A stretch of 62,860 bases of DNA, counting the filler, from Sluysia triapertura (lineage: Eukaryota), in assembly GCA_046118255.1 (NCBI GenBank). It is 5 parts of 5 records of this genome, joined end to end, with 100 filler letters (N's around TTAATTAATTAA, not from the genome) between each part and the next. Parts side by side here need not be neighbours in the genome. Positions count along the whole stretch, not along the records: positions 12,911 to 25,379 come from JBJNIA010105874.1; positions 25,480 to 38,112 come from JBJNIA010093452.1; 3 more parts are not named here. One strand, written 5' to 3'. This document shows positions 25,174-38,212 of the stretch, piece after piece. Numbering within the stretch: the first letter of the stretch is position 1; each line of letters begins with the position of its first letter. The notes under the pieces are model-generated. The model did no database searches and had not been told where the DNA came from. It saw only the letters and a program-made list of their open reading frames with translations. A program made the position numbers and the translations under genes.

Positions 25174-25379
25174 CAGGGGTGCGCAAATACTTTAAAGTGC
25201 GGGCCAAAATGAAATTTTTAAAATGTCTCCCGGGCCGGAGGACTATACCGCGTATGCTTTGCACAAGCGGATGTTTTGGATGGAGTTTTTTCCCTGCCCA
25301 ATTTTTTTTCGACAAAAACACTAAGTATCATTTCAATTTGAATAAAATATGTCACGTAATTTTTAAAGAAATATTATTA
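25174..25379. mobile_element. hAT (Charlie-like) transposon end running into the contig break
   Basis: CAGGGGTGCGCAAA terminus followed by GC-rich GCGGGCC/CGGGCCG subterminal motifs. Confidence 0.65.
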
Positions 25380-25479
25380 NNNNNNNNNNNNNNNNNNNNN
25401 NNNNNNNNNNNNNNNNNNNNNNNTTAATTAATTAANNNNNNNNNNNNNNNNNNNNNNNNNNNNNNNNNNNNNNNNNNNN
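25380..25479. other. Artificial contig linker
   Basis: 44 N + TTAATTAATTAA + 44 N. Confidence 0.98.
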
Positions 25480-28400
25480 TATTTCTATGAAATAAAATGT
25501 ATGATAATTTAACGAGCTACATAATTTGCGACTTATACTTTTTACAGTAACATGAGTTTTGAGCGAAACATAAAGAAACTCAAAACAAAATAATAAAACA
25601 ATTATTTTTAGACAGTGTTAACAAATAATATTTTCATTTCATTCTAAATCTTCATGCTAAGTTTTTTTCGACCCTACATGCTTTCCAATAAATAGTTTAT
25701 AAACAAAATACATATACATAAATATACACAAGTATGTAAAATTCTCGTTTTAATAAAACATAAATGTTTGTTTTTGACTAACATTGCTGGAGGTTTCTGA
25801 CGAATAAATTAAATTTAGTTTTAATAAGCATTAAAGCTACCGTGGAAATTAATTTATCGAGGATTATTTATTTGATTTTAGTGAGTATTATTATTTTAAG
25901 GAGATTTCAATTCTTCACGAATGAAATCGTAAAATCCATTTAAAATAATTAAGAAATTTTCACCACCTCAATCTAACGAGAGAAACTTTTGTAATTTAAA
26001 ATATAATAGAAAATACGATCAAAGATCATTACGATTTTGATCATAAATCAGTAATTCTTTTTATTTTATTATTCTATCTTTCAACATCTTAGTTATACTT
26101 GTTTGTCATTAATTTATAGTACATAAATATTTAATTTTGCGTCATTATTTAATAAAAAAATTTAAGTAATTGAGATTTTAGCGAATTAGTTCGATTGATA
26201 ATAAAAATAATTGAATATAAGACCAGTTTTATTTTAAGTTCATAAATAAATGTTTTACAATAATATTAGCTTGGTGTTAGTTACAGGAACGCCATCTTTA
26301 CGACATGACTTTTACTCTAACTGGACCCTGCTAAATTTTTAGTTTACCGGAGGTTTAGATTTAAGAAAACCACAGCAAAAATATGTATCATCAGCCAATA
26401 AACCTAAAGCATAAACACAATCTGTATAATGCCGTATTATTTAAAATTTGTTTGTTTGAATTACGGTCGTTATGTCGTTGTTCCATAAAATCATTGATTG
26501 TACGATTTTATTTTTACCTTCTTTTTTATTTTTTCTAAATCTCTTAATATCCCATCAAACATTGATATTCTCAGATAATAATCTGAATGAAAATTTAAGT
26601 CCTGATAACCGTCTGTTATCGATTATCAGCACATTTCTAGCTTATCATGATCAATTAATAGAATCAATATTTGAAGGGATTGTTGAAGAAGTTAATAATT
26701 ATGTTTAATCATTATGGTCAAATCCATCCAATCATCATATACCGACTATCCATTGGACACTGACAAACAATTGGCAACAAGATCCTAAAACGAAACAATC
26801 AAGTTGTCATGATTAACTTAACTTGAACGATAATTCAGTTTGATATCATTTAAGATTTTTCTCACTGAAAGAAGCTGTTTAAGCAAAATATCCAACAGTT
26901 AAAATAGTACGAGTAGCTTTAATAGGTATTTCGCCTTGATCAAACATACAATCGGTAAGCATAGTCAGAAATAAAAACAACAAGCAACACGTTCAAGTCT
27001 GCTAAATCTACTTTCTGGAGAACGTGCCATGATTGTAACCACAAAATGATCGTCCTACAAATTTACATATATATTTATTTTTTATACAGGTTACTATATT
27101 TTGTACTTTGCCAATCCAAATTTGTGAAATCACTTTACATAATCGGGATATGCCATTGAACTATCAGTTTAGTCGATTAATCAAAATCAAAAAAACTCTG
27201 AATTACTTATTAATAAAAAAGTCACTAAAGTGTCTATTGCAACAGAAAATACTCTCAATGAACTGTCATATGAAACTATTGAACATTTGAGTCACTGCAT
27301 TGATAAAAGGTTGAAATTAAAATGCTGGCAAGATTGTTCATTAAAAATTGATGATAAAGTCCAATTAATTAACGTATAGGCGATCTTAAAAATGAAGACA
27401 TAAACAATGACAGTTTTGATGATGCTGGATTACGAAAGTTTTTTCCGGTCAACAGAAAATGTAACAAACTTAGTAAGAAATATCGGATTTCCTTGATATG
27501 CAGTCAACATAGAAGTAGTAAAAGTTTCACATCCAAAAAAACAGATTATTTCAGAAAGATGAAAATGCGTTTTCGAGATGATCTAGTTAAAGTGTGTATT
27601 AATGACAATAAAATAGTCGAATTGGTTATTATTCGATATAGAAAGACAGTTTCACTAAAGAATAATCATACTGGTTGTATAAAAATAAAATAATATTAAG
27701 AAATGGAAGAATATTAGATTGGGAAGTCAAAATGCAACAGTTATTAAATGACAGAGATTCACTCATTGCTCAAAGTATCTCCATTGTTGCTTCTCCAGCT
27801 GCAAATAATAACTGGCCATTGTCGTCGTTTCCAATTAACAATTCAATTTTATTATCAAGTAATGATTTATCGTTCGATTTTTATTTGTTTGATAATTTAT
27901 TCTTCTACTATTGTTTGTTAAATCGAATTTGATTTTTATAAATGAATTAAAATTGTAATTCTAAATTTTATGTTCAAGAAATTATTAAGATCATTTTGGC
28001 TTAACCTTAAGTCAACATGTGCATAGCATTAAATACAACAGAAAAATTAATGATAGGTTGTCTTAAGTAGATAAGTCTATTAATTTAAGAATAAAGATCA
28101 AAAACAGAAATAGTTTCTATTTAAAACATAAAATATGTAAAAGTAGTAATGAGAAAAAGACAAAGTCGTATGACAGTCTACGCAGTTATATGTGTAAGCT
28201 GTCCATAAACGTGGATTTTTAACTTTATCATTTAATGTAAATATAGTGCCATTTTATCATTTATTTGCTCGAAAATATCTAACAAATGGAGTAGTTTTTA
28301 CATCCATAAGTCATTTTTAAAAGTTGAGCAGAATTAAATTTTACGCAGTTAAAAACTCAATAATTTCTTCTTTTAATAATCGTCTTAAACTTCAACCATG

Positions 28401-28553
28401 TGACATGCATCTTATTTCTGCGTGCCATATCATAATAAATTTTCGATTCAGAGTCTTTCTTTTTACAGAGATTTGAAATTAAACAATTCTTAATAAAGTT
28501 TACAACTTTGACAGAACCATGACGCACATTGTTCAATTCCATAGACATAAAAG

Positions 28554-29890
28554 TGTAAAGGTGTAAATATTATGATCTTATTTTTTATATTTACAAAAAT
28601 TGTAAAAATTATAAGAATTATAAAAATTATTAACATTTAAAATATTATTATTTAAATTATACTAAAATTAAAATTATTATTATTACAAATTAAAAAAATA
28701 ACTAAAAAGAAACTTCTCGAAAGAAGTTTATTTGATTAAATAAAAATTGTAAAAATGTCTTTATCTGTATATAAAGACGTAAGCAAATTAAGAAATCTCC
28801 ATAATTAAAAATAAATAAGTCAGTCAATTCATCACAAAGAAACAACACTACGTCATTTGAGTACAATTCAATTCGGTCATCATCGGTAAAAAGACAACAT
28901 TTCAACGTTCATACATCAAATTCTTTTCGAGGGTTCCAGCAATTTTCAAATTTACGCTTCAGTCAACGATATTGTGTCCCGCGTCTACCATTAGAGGGAA
29001 CAATTTTCCATTTTCAAGAAATCAATTCGTTAGAAAGGAAGGACAATCGGAGTTTACCGGCATTTATTATTAATTAATCCGTAAGTTTGTCCTAAATAGA
29101 TTGTAAACTCACTACGAGCTAAAATGTACACTTAAACTATTATTTTTCAAGGTTGATCATTAAGGCCAATCACAAAATCAAACAAAAATATAAATTCACT
29201 TCCTTTTAGTTGGCCCTTAAGGTCAATTATAAAATAATTATTATAAGGTAGAGTCTAACGGCTAGACATTTATTATAATTTAACTGTTATCTTATAATTT
29301 TATTGATAATTAGTGTTATTGATAATCATATTTGTCGAATTTTACTAATTTATAATAATTTTATCTTATTTTTGTGTAATAAAAATATTAGAAGATTTTC
29401 GAGTTCCTTTTATTATAATTGCCTTAATATTAACGTGTAACCTATATTATTCACTCTCCGAATAATTCATAATTAATGTATATTTTAATCGCAAATACGT
29501 TCATTTCAATATTGTTTCATTAAATTTTAATAAGAACTAGAAAATTCTAACGGTTATTATATTATGATTTGGAGATATAAAAAATATTTTATACCTCATT
29601 TTATACCATCATTCTTTATTTGATTTTTATAATAATTTAGACATTCCATAAGCTAGCGTTCGTCTTAATTAGTTTTTAAGTTATTTATTGTTAATTGACA
29701 TAAACGACGAATTTGCCCATTATTGTTAAGTTCAGGCAAAGAATACTTTTATGCGATTAATTTTTGATAATTGTTTTCACGTAATTTTTAGGGTACACCA
29801 TTAGTAAGTCGTATACTGTAAACAGACTCAGAATAATAATAATTTATTTTGCTATAGGTTGCGTTTTTAGATTAAGAAAACACCCAGTAG
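28554..29890 (-). mobile_element. LTR-like dispersed repeat, copy 2
   Basis: Reverse complement of 10880-12222; begins TGTAAAGGTGTA on the + strand. Confidence 0.7.
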
Positions 29891-30595
29891 ATTTCTTGTT
29901 ATTATTTTAAATTAAGAACGTAATTTTGAATAAACATAATTATCAAAATAAGAAAATTTGTGATATTATTTAGGTCTTTATTTAAGTAACGTAAATTAAT
30001 ATTGGATTATTGTTATTATTGATTTAAGATGCAACATTAACAAAATTAACCAAATTCAGAGCTTGATAGTCGCTATTCAGTCTTAAGAACAGCAGTTATT
30101 TTGGTAAAAACATAAAATTAGAAAAACTTGTTAATTAAAAAATTACTTTATTATTCATTCTAAGTTTGACGAAAAAACGCGGTAACGATTTTAATCCTCT
30201 ATGGGTCAAATTTTTTTACTTAAATATAAAAAAATTATTTATTTTTATTTACTTTGACATTTCAGGTTGATATTTCAGGTTGACATTTCAGAGATATTAT
30301 ATAATAAAGACGTATACTTTTTCTTCTGAAAAAACTAAACTATTTGTTAAAATGTGGATATATTAGTTTGTGACCTTAAAGTGTCACAGGCCCATGGAGG
30401 GTAATTAAAAACAAAATTAATTGTAACTACATTTAAGTGATGGTTTAATGTGTGATTAAATCAGGGTTTCAACCAAACGCTTCGTGTTGAGCCCGAGGAC
30501 TGTTCATTTTCTAAACATGATTTTATTCACTATTTTCCTTTTGTAACGTGATTTCAAAAATTATTTCATTAAGGTTTCATGAGGAAACGTTGATT

Positions 30596-33500
30596 GTGTT
30601 GGGTAAAAGGCCTAAAGTTCCATGTATAAATATGGTAGTAACATTGACTATAATAAAATAAAATTGCTAGTTGGCAGACACCAACGCAATAGGCACAAAA
30701 TCTCTGGTGCGAAAATACTTCTTAAATGTTCGTGCTTCCTCGTCTTTGAGGATCATTCAAACCTTAACCAGCACCTTCTTACCCACAACTCTTCTAATAA
30801 TCTGCCCACTAAAACGACCACCAACTTGCATTCAACACATAAATCTGATTGACTAACCCTTGGCGCAATCATGACTTTCTTTAACGCATACATCATTGAT
30901 GTTGATTCTGTTGCGGTGGACTGTATTACTGCCAATTTTGCTATGTTCAATGGCGAAAAGGCCTTTCTGAACAATTTTCCCTTCTCAGAATGTTCAGCTT
31001 GGTTCCACTTATACTGAATCCTTAATATCGAATCCCACTGGATCCTTGTCATCTTTAATAAACAACAGAATTTCTTCTGCAGTATTGACCCTATTGCGTC
31101 TTATCTATGCCACCTTCTCCTCCTGGGTGACTATTTATCTAACGTCATGATTGCGTCAATTTCTCTTCCTGTCTACCCTTCTAAACCTTCGTTTCATTAA
31201 ATTTATTACTTACCCAATAGAGGAAGATTCTACCGACTGTGGCCCCTTTATATGTGATATTGCGTTACAATATCAACGCAACCCTGATATCTTTATTTTT
31301 GTAAGCTTGATATTTGCGGTAGTAGAGAGATCCTCTGTAATGTTGTTACTCTTTCTCTGGATGAGTCGAATAAGTTTAACAAATCGAAACACCCACATCC
31401 TTCGTTACAATCTCTTTGTCTCAAATTCAGTAAGGTAACTCTCTCCCTGGATGAATCCTTCACTGAATTTTGTAGTCTCATTTATCGCTTGCATGCTCCA
31501 AAGTTTCCTAATATTATGCCTCAAATTAAATTCCAGAGTAACGAGTTTAAGATATTAATCTTAACAAGATCTTTGAAAAGAATCAGACCAAAGCCTTCCA
31601 GGTGGTAACTGGTACTGACCCTTCTCCCTCACTCCTTCTGTTTTTACTATAGTTAAGGCATTTTTCCACCATTCGATCCATCTAAGATTGGTGTGACACC
31701 TTATTTTGTGCATTTTCAACTTGTTCTTCCTTTTCTGAAGCTGAAATCTTAATAACCATGAAGTATTGTAAAAACTCTGCGCCGAGACCCAATAAAATCA
31801 CATTCGAACAAATCAAGAATGTTGATCCCACAGCGAAGTTTCTTTTAATTTTCTTCAATAAAATACTTCATACTCAAAACGTTCCTCAGACCTGGAAATC
31901 TTTTCTTACATTCCTTATAATTAAACCAAATAAATTCCATATGGTAAATGTAGTTTCTTCCTGGCGTGCTTTTGCTGTTCTGGATTCTTTGTACTGCATC
32001 TTTACAAAGATCCTCAATGATCGACTCTTATCATGGATTCATTCTTGGAACCTCATCAGTACCCATCAAGCTTCTCTTCTTCGCTCTGATGGTTGCGCTG
32101 AACATAATTTCATCCTTCATTATTTATAGGAAATTATTAAGTCTCTTAATCATATAAAACCCCACAAAATCCAACTCCACGTCATCTTTCTTGATCCGTG
32201 CCTCACCAATTAATTTGGTATAACCTGTCTTGTATGGTCTTCATCAATCCACCCTTAAGTTTATCAGAAATCAGAAATTGATTCTTCGTCGACTCAATAC
32301 AGGTGTAATAACCTATTGAAGTATCCAGTAGGAGTCAAACAAGGGTGCCCAATCTCACTGACCCTGATCGACTACTTGTTTAGGTCTTTTCCTAATTCCC
32401 TTGCCACTGCGGATGAAATAGTCCTAAGCTTCACAAATGCTTAACTGCATGGTCGAAAGGCCAAGTCAACTTAATTTTCTGTACCAACAAAAGTTTTTAC
32501 TTTAATAATCTCTCTGGAAGCGAGCTCTTCCTATACATTGATAATGTACCTATTCCGCCTATGAAAGATGGTGATAAAATCACCTACCTGGGGGTTCCTT
32601 TTGGCGGGGGTAACTTGAAAAGACAGAACCTTAACTGACTTTTGGAGGAAAACCTGCAGTTTACTGTAGACTTAGCTGTAAGAACAAGTTTCTTATATAC
32701 TGCAACTTTCTTCATTTCCGCCTTCCTTTTCACCTTCGCAACTTCAGTATTAATATCCAAACACTGAGTATCCCGCATACAAAACAATCCAAGAAACTCC
32801 CTCGAACTGTATGTTATGATGAAAAGGTTCGTCAAATATTTAAACATTTTCTGGACCATAAAACCTTTCCTCTTAATAATAATTTCTTCTTTGCGCATAA
32901 GAACCGAATCCTCCTACGATGACTATATGTGCCAAACTGTAGTCTGTGCCTTTCGACTCTTCAATAGTCATTAAGTTGAATGAATACAACTTAACAAGGT
33001 TGCTAATACCTCTGATGCCTTGATGTGGTTAAATGGATGCAAGCTGGACAAATGGATGCACCTTCAAACCTGGTGGTCCAAAATTCGCACTGTCCTTATT
33101 AACTTACACGAAAAAACAAGATTTATATCGCTTTCCTCTGCTCTAATGATGACAATCAGATTAAATTATCCATTAGTTGCAAATCCTTAGGTGGAAGCGA
33201 AAATAGCATCATATTTAATCGGTTTCATAAGGATAAAATTGGCAAATACCTTCATAAACTGATTAATATTTCAAATAGTAATACTTGGAAATTCCTCAAA
33301 TGTTGACTGTCTCATGAAAAATCCACTCTTGATCAAACCGATCTCACTTCAACTTAGTGATTCTTTTTGGGCTTTCATACTCAAGGCACGCAACATCAAT
33401 TAAATTTCTCGCCACATAACCTTCGCCTTCAACAAATTTTAACTTGCCGCTGGTGTGGCTTTGAGAAAGAATCTATTTCTCATGTCCTTTATTTGTATCC

Positions 33501-34239
33501 TCACACTCGCATCGGTCGAACTGTTAAACACAATAAACTTCTTGAATGCCTGGTTGAGATTCTTTCTCGTAAGGGCTTTTCCGTAAAAAAGGATTCTCAA
33601 ACGCCGATTATTGGGGACACTCGGTGCCCTATGTACTAATTCGACACAACTTTTTCTCATTGATATTAAGTCTCCAATTTATATCTATGAGAACTTTAAA
33701 TCTGCGCGGAACCTTGACTTATCTAAATATGCGGAAAATTGCTAGTGAAACTTTAGTGTCAGGTTTTCCCCAACCTTTGTTGTGGTTGCCATTGGTTCCT
33801 TGAATCCTGATAATGAACCTCTTCTTAAATCTTTGGATTTTCGCAAGGCAGAAATTAAGACTCTAACTTGTCAGTGTGCTCAGCTTTCTTACAAATTATT
33901 TTACTTCTATTTCTTCTTCTCTACAGAATGTTCATGTTCTGGTTTTCCTTTCACTTTTCATTTTTCAACTCACTTTCTTCTTTTTCCTCATTAATCATTT
34001 CCACACTTCAAATATTTTTCTCTCTTCATAAACTGGAAACCGTCGCGTCACAATGGTCCAATCCAGAACAATTCAGACTACTCCAACCAATTAAACCAAG
34101 ATTCAGTGCCAAGATATACTTTTAATTTTTGACATTACATTTGAATTGTATAAATTAACATTGACTTGATCCCATTATCTTTGATTATTAATACTTTTTT
34201 ATACTTTGTACCAAATAAAAGTTTTCAATTCAAATTCAA
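30596..34239 (+). mobile_element. Near full-length decayed NeSL-like non-LTR retrotransposon (C2H2, Ulp1 protease, RT, CCHC, RLE)
   Basis: CSCFLVFEDHSNLNQHLLTH; Ulp1 motifs HWILV / SIDP / DSTDCGPFIC; RT blocks KNSAPRPNKIT, WRAFAVLDSLYCIFTKILNDRL, GCAEHNF, GVKQGCPIS, YLGVP; CRWCGFEKESISHVL..HNKLL; LIDIK; AIGSLNPDNE; AATAAA then TTCAA-like tail; many frameshifts; 5' boundary uncertain. Confidence 0.9.
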
Positions 34240-34667
34240 GGAGGTGCCCCGTTCGATTTACGGTCAGTCCATCTTATGAAGTCTAACAAAAATAATAAAT
34301 AATAAAAAATAAAAAATATTAAACAATATTATGAATTATAGTTACACCGTTGCAACAAACAATAATCATACACTTTATATTAACAATAAAATAGAAAATG
34401 CTTACAAAAGAATATATATTTCGTCCTTAAGAATGAATATTACCCTTTATAATAATATTTCTTTTTCAAGGACATAATTTTAACGAGTATTATTTTGGCC
34501 ATCAGACATAAAAATCGGTTACAACGTTAACACTACTGTTAAATAAAATTTAGTTTTTTATTCAAAATTGATTTTATCTTTTGTATTTTTACTGAATCGT
34601 TTATTTATAGTTATTATTCCTATTGAGCAAAATTAGTTTTCATCAAGTCTCCATTAGATATTTATAT

Positions 34668-34850
34668 TTATTCTGAAGGTAGAGTCTTTAGTTGCCTTTC
34701 ATGTTAGAGATAGAAGTGCAATTAATTTTGTAAATGGAAATTTTCAAACTGTCTCCTCACTTTAATTTAGTAGGGTCGATAAGATAAGATTGAAAAATTC
34801 AACTCAGACAAAAGCTTTTTAATCACAGTACTATATACGTTTCTATTTTA
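34668..34850. repeat. Diverged dispersed repeat shared with 61687-61842
   Basis: Shared blocks TTATTCTGAAGGT, GAAGTGCAATTAATTTTG and TTTCAAACT.TCTCC. Confidence 0.7.
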
Positions 34851-35939
34851 CGTGAATTAAATATTATGAATTAAATATATGAATTAAATGTTTTCATTTT
34901 CCAGTTTTTAATCTCCTAAACAATTACCTAACTACTACATAAACGATCACATTTTCGTAATAAAATTAGAAAAGTTAGAATAAAAAGCTTCATTAAAAGA
35001 GTTGTCTCAACAATTTGTGATAAAAGCTGATAATAGCTGTGTGTCTTATAAGCAATATGACGATTATTGTGATTAGTAATTCGTGTTTTTTAATTATTTC
35101 ATTATTACTTAATACAGGTGTCAACAATTGTGTTGTGTCAACACTGGAATCTTATTATTCATCAAATGTATAGACACAATGATTTATGGTTTTGAATTTA
35201 AATATTATTATAATTTGTTATTTTTGCCATATTTAAAATATATCAAGAATGTATCGTTGAATATTTTGAATGAAAACCAACATATGCATAGTTAATATTA
35301 ACATGTCCTTTCACACTGGGAAAGCCTTGTCCCCAAAGACAATTACGTGTAACTTTATAAAATATAAAAGTGTAACAGAATTAATAAATGTTCATATCAT
35401 AAACATAAAAAAGCACAATAATAAAATTACATATAATATTCAAATTGGTTGTTATTTTCTTTTTCTTAAGAAATGAGTTTACATTACGTGTCAGATCTTT
35501 TGAATAAATTCCTAAAAAATTTTAATTTGGTTCTCCTACGGTGTTTCGTTGAGATGGTGTGAGAGTTAGTGAAAGGTCAGATGAAAGAGTTTTAGTTCAC
35601 GCTTTATTTAATCTCCATATATTGTGATTCAGATCCAGACCTATCTAAATTAAATTAAATTTAAAAGTGTTTCCTTTGTAGTTGTGTGTTGCATTTCTCT
35701 ATGCGAATAAACAAGGTTTTATAAGCAAGTCTCAATATATTTGTTTAGAATTCACACAGGATTGTAACGTGTTCACTAGTGTTTTACTAATCCGTCTGCT
35801 TTGGCTGATTTCTTAGATATTCCATAACAATACACTATTTCTTCTACATATAGTTGTGTTACTGTTTCTGCTTTCTGATAGCGCATAGGAAATTCTTCAG
35901 GCTAACCTGTTTGATAGTCCAAAAAGACTATATATAGGT

Positions 35940-36434
35940 CAATTGAATTATTAGATAGAACATCTGAATTAAACCACGTATTTACTAAAGATGATATTGC
36001 TTCTAGCTTGAAATGTAAATCTAGATTTCTTAGAAATAAATTCTTAGGATAAAAACGATTCAAGAATTTTATATCAGATTTTACTGATTCAATATAGCGA
36101 TTTAAAATTAATTCATGGATAGCGTGCCGAAACCAAATTCTAATGTAACAAAATTACTAATATCATGCAAGTATTCAAAAAATTCATTAGAAGTTATCTC
36201 TTTTATAACTGTCCAAAATTCATAATAAAAAACCAGCTCTGGTTTATTAAGTTTTCGTACAACAGTAGATGTATATCTAAATTGTTGATGAAGAAATATT
36301 GCTTCTATGACAGAACATAAATTAAATGAATATCTAGAATCTAAAATTTCTGGAAGATTTCTGCCTTCTTTATAAGTTGATATGGTTTGTATAAATCTTT
36401 TCAAGTAATCTATAATTAATTCGTTTTCCATCAC
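35940..36434 (-). pseudogene. RUN-domain (PLEKHM1-like) pseudogene, copy B
   Basis: LCSVIEAIFLH...FWTVIKE...FGFG then, after a frameshift, LNRYIESVKSDIKFLNRFY..FLRN..LHFKLEAISSLVNTW, matching RUN blocks and the PLEKHM1-type LSFEL...LNEW end. Confidence 0.75.
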
Positions 36435-36654
36435 CTAAATTAACTTTTAAATTATCTTTATAAAACTAAAAATCTTGTCCTTTATTTATTAATTTTTACA
36501 ATACTCTGATAATAACAGAAGCTGCCAAATTTTTACTACTAGTAATTGTAACTATTGCATAAAAATTTTGTGAGAACAATTTTATTAACTTTTATTCTTT
36601 TTATTACCATTAAATAATATTGTATCTTGTGCCAACAAAAATTACACTGTCTAC

Positions 36655-37000
36655 GCTGTGCCTGGATTGGTTGTCCAACCAGAGATATATAAAAATAATG
36701 AGTAAAATCATTCTGGTTGGACAACCAGTAATAATAATTTGTAAAGTAAACTCTAACCACTATCAATGGTGACAATGATTGCAAATGTAAATTAAAATCA
36801 CCCATTGATAGTGGTAGTTACCAAAATAAATGATTAAAATTAAAATTGGTGCTAATAATAATAATGATAATAATAATAACAATAATGTTATTATAAATAC
36901 ATAAATTCCTTATTTCTTAACTTAAGATGATATTTCTTTTGAATCTTTTAAATTTCTTGACATATTTAAAGTTAAAGATGATGAGATTAAGAATAATAAT
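36655..37000 (-). repeat. Structured dispersed repeat, copy B, upstream of the RUN gene
   Basis: Palindrome variant CTGGATTGGTTGTCCAACCAG 36662-36682, hairpin 36713-36728, long inverted repeat 36756-36815, AT-rich block matching 6940-7060. Confidence 0.7.
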
Positions 37001-37893
37001 AATAACAACAATATTATCGCTCTTATTATTATAAATACATAAAGTCCTTCGATTATGAATTTTATTTTGCTGTTAAGAAAACCAGCTTATAATGAGGTCT
37101 TATAAACATCATAACAAATGTAAATATATCTTTATCAAGAAAACTAATTAACTATCTCATTACCTAAGTCCTCATGTTTTGCATTATTTTTGCGTCCACA
37201 ACAGATTCCCCTATTTATGATATATTTACACATTCAAACCACATTTACAAGTACTGAAACGATTTTTATTAATTTAAATCCAATGCGTCTATTACACACA
37301 AAAGTGGCTCATTAAAAGCACCATTCTATGTATTATCATCTTTCATTGGACTCCAGCTTTTCTTTGTATTTCAAAATGTCACTTCATCATCCCAACAAAT
37401 ATTTTATATTTCTAAATTCTTGATACAATAAGTGAGTCTATTTTAAATACATACATCCACCTACTGTTACCAACTATGCGTCAGATTTTTTTTCATATAG
37501 GTATTATTCATAAGTATACTAGTTAAGTTATATTGAATCAGGTTAATATCACATTTTAATTTTCATACGAAATAACTAATTAAAACCGACAAAACAGTAA
37601 TGCGAACCATATATTTACATCATGAAAATAAATTGTTCCTTAAAATAATAAATCAAAAATTAAAATCCATTTTATTATCGTTCAAACAAGTGAGCAAGAA
37701 ATTTGCAACTTCATGTTTTCCATTTTCCAAAGCCTAAATAAATATATGTCAGTTATTTATAGTATAATTGTTAATTTTGTGATTGCATACAATTATTGAT
37801 TTTTAATAGTTGTATTTATTGTATATAATTATTGATAACTGGATTTTGAATATAAGGTAATATTTTTGTAAATAATATTTTAATAATAAAGTA

Positions 37894-38112
37894 CCGTATT
37901 TTCCGGACTATAAGCCCCACCCAAAAACTTAACAAGAGTCATAATTTAGGGGGTGCGACTTATACGTTGATGTTTAAAATCCTCAAAATTTCCTGACTCT
38001 AATAAATAAAAAATGTCATTTTTAATGCAAAGTCATATTCTAATAAACTACCTCGTCATTGTGTGATATATTTGTTTAAATATTTTAAATTTCTAATAAT
38101 TAATTATAATAA
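37894..38112. mobile_element. Tc2/pogo-like DNA transposon end running into the contig break
   Basis: TA + CCGTATTTTCCGGACTATAAG TIR and subterminal GCGACTTATA; related remnant at 25521-25549. Confidence 0.7.
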
Positions 38113-38212
38113 NNNNNNNNNNNNNNNNNNNNNNNNNNNNNNNNNNNNNNNNNNNNTTAATTAATTAANNNNNNNNNNNNNNNNNNNNNNNNNNNNNNNN
38201 NNNNNNNNNNNN
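38113..38212. other. Artificial contig linker
   Basis: 44 N + TTAATTAATTAA + 44 N. Confidence 0.98.

Noticed and set aside
25052-25427. Two overlapping 89-aa ORFs
   Set aside because: By-products of the GC-richer hAT terminus; one runs into the N linker
27240-27340. Death-domain-like LNELSYETIEHLSHCID..CWQD fragment
   Set aside because: Too short and decayed to support a call
10880-29890. Apparent 1.3-kb terminal inverted repeats enclosing ~16 kb (Polinton/Maverick-like giant element)
   Set aside because: The copies lie on different contigs separated by two artificial linkers, the shared sharp terminus faces inward, and no polB, integrase or capsid motifs were seen
30396-30450. Nematode SL1-like words (TTTAATTACCC on minus, GGTTTAAT on plus) near the NeSL 5' end
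   Set aside because: Matches of only 8-11 nt in AT-rich DNA, in inconsistent orientations, with no SL RNA structure or Sm site
30660-30700. APE endonuclease-like LLVG/ADTNA motif at the element's N-terminus
   Set aside because: Requires a frameshift, no other APE motifs are present, and the element has a C-terminal RLE
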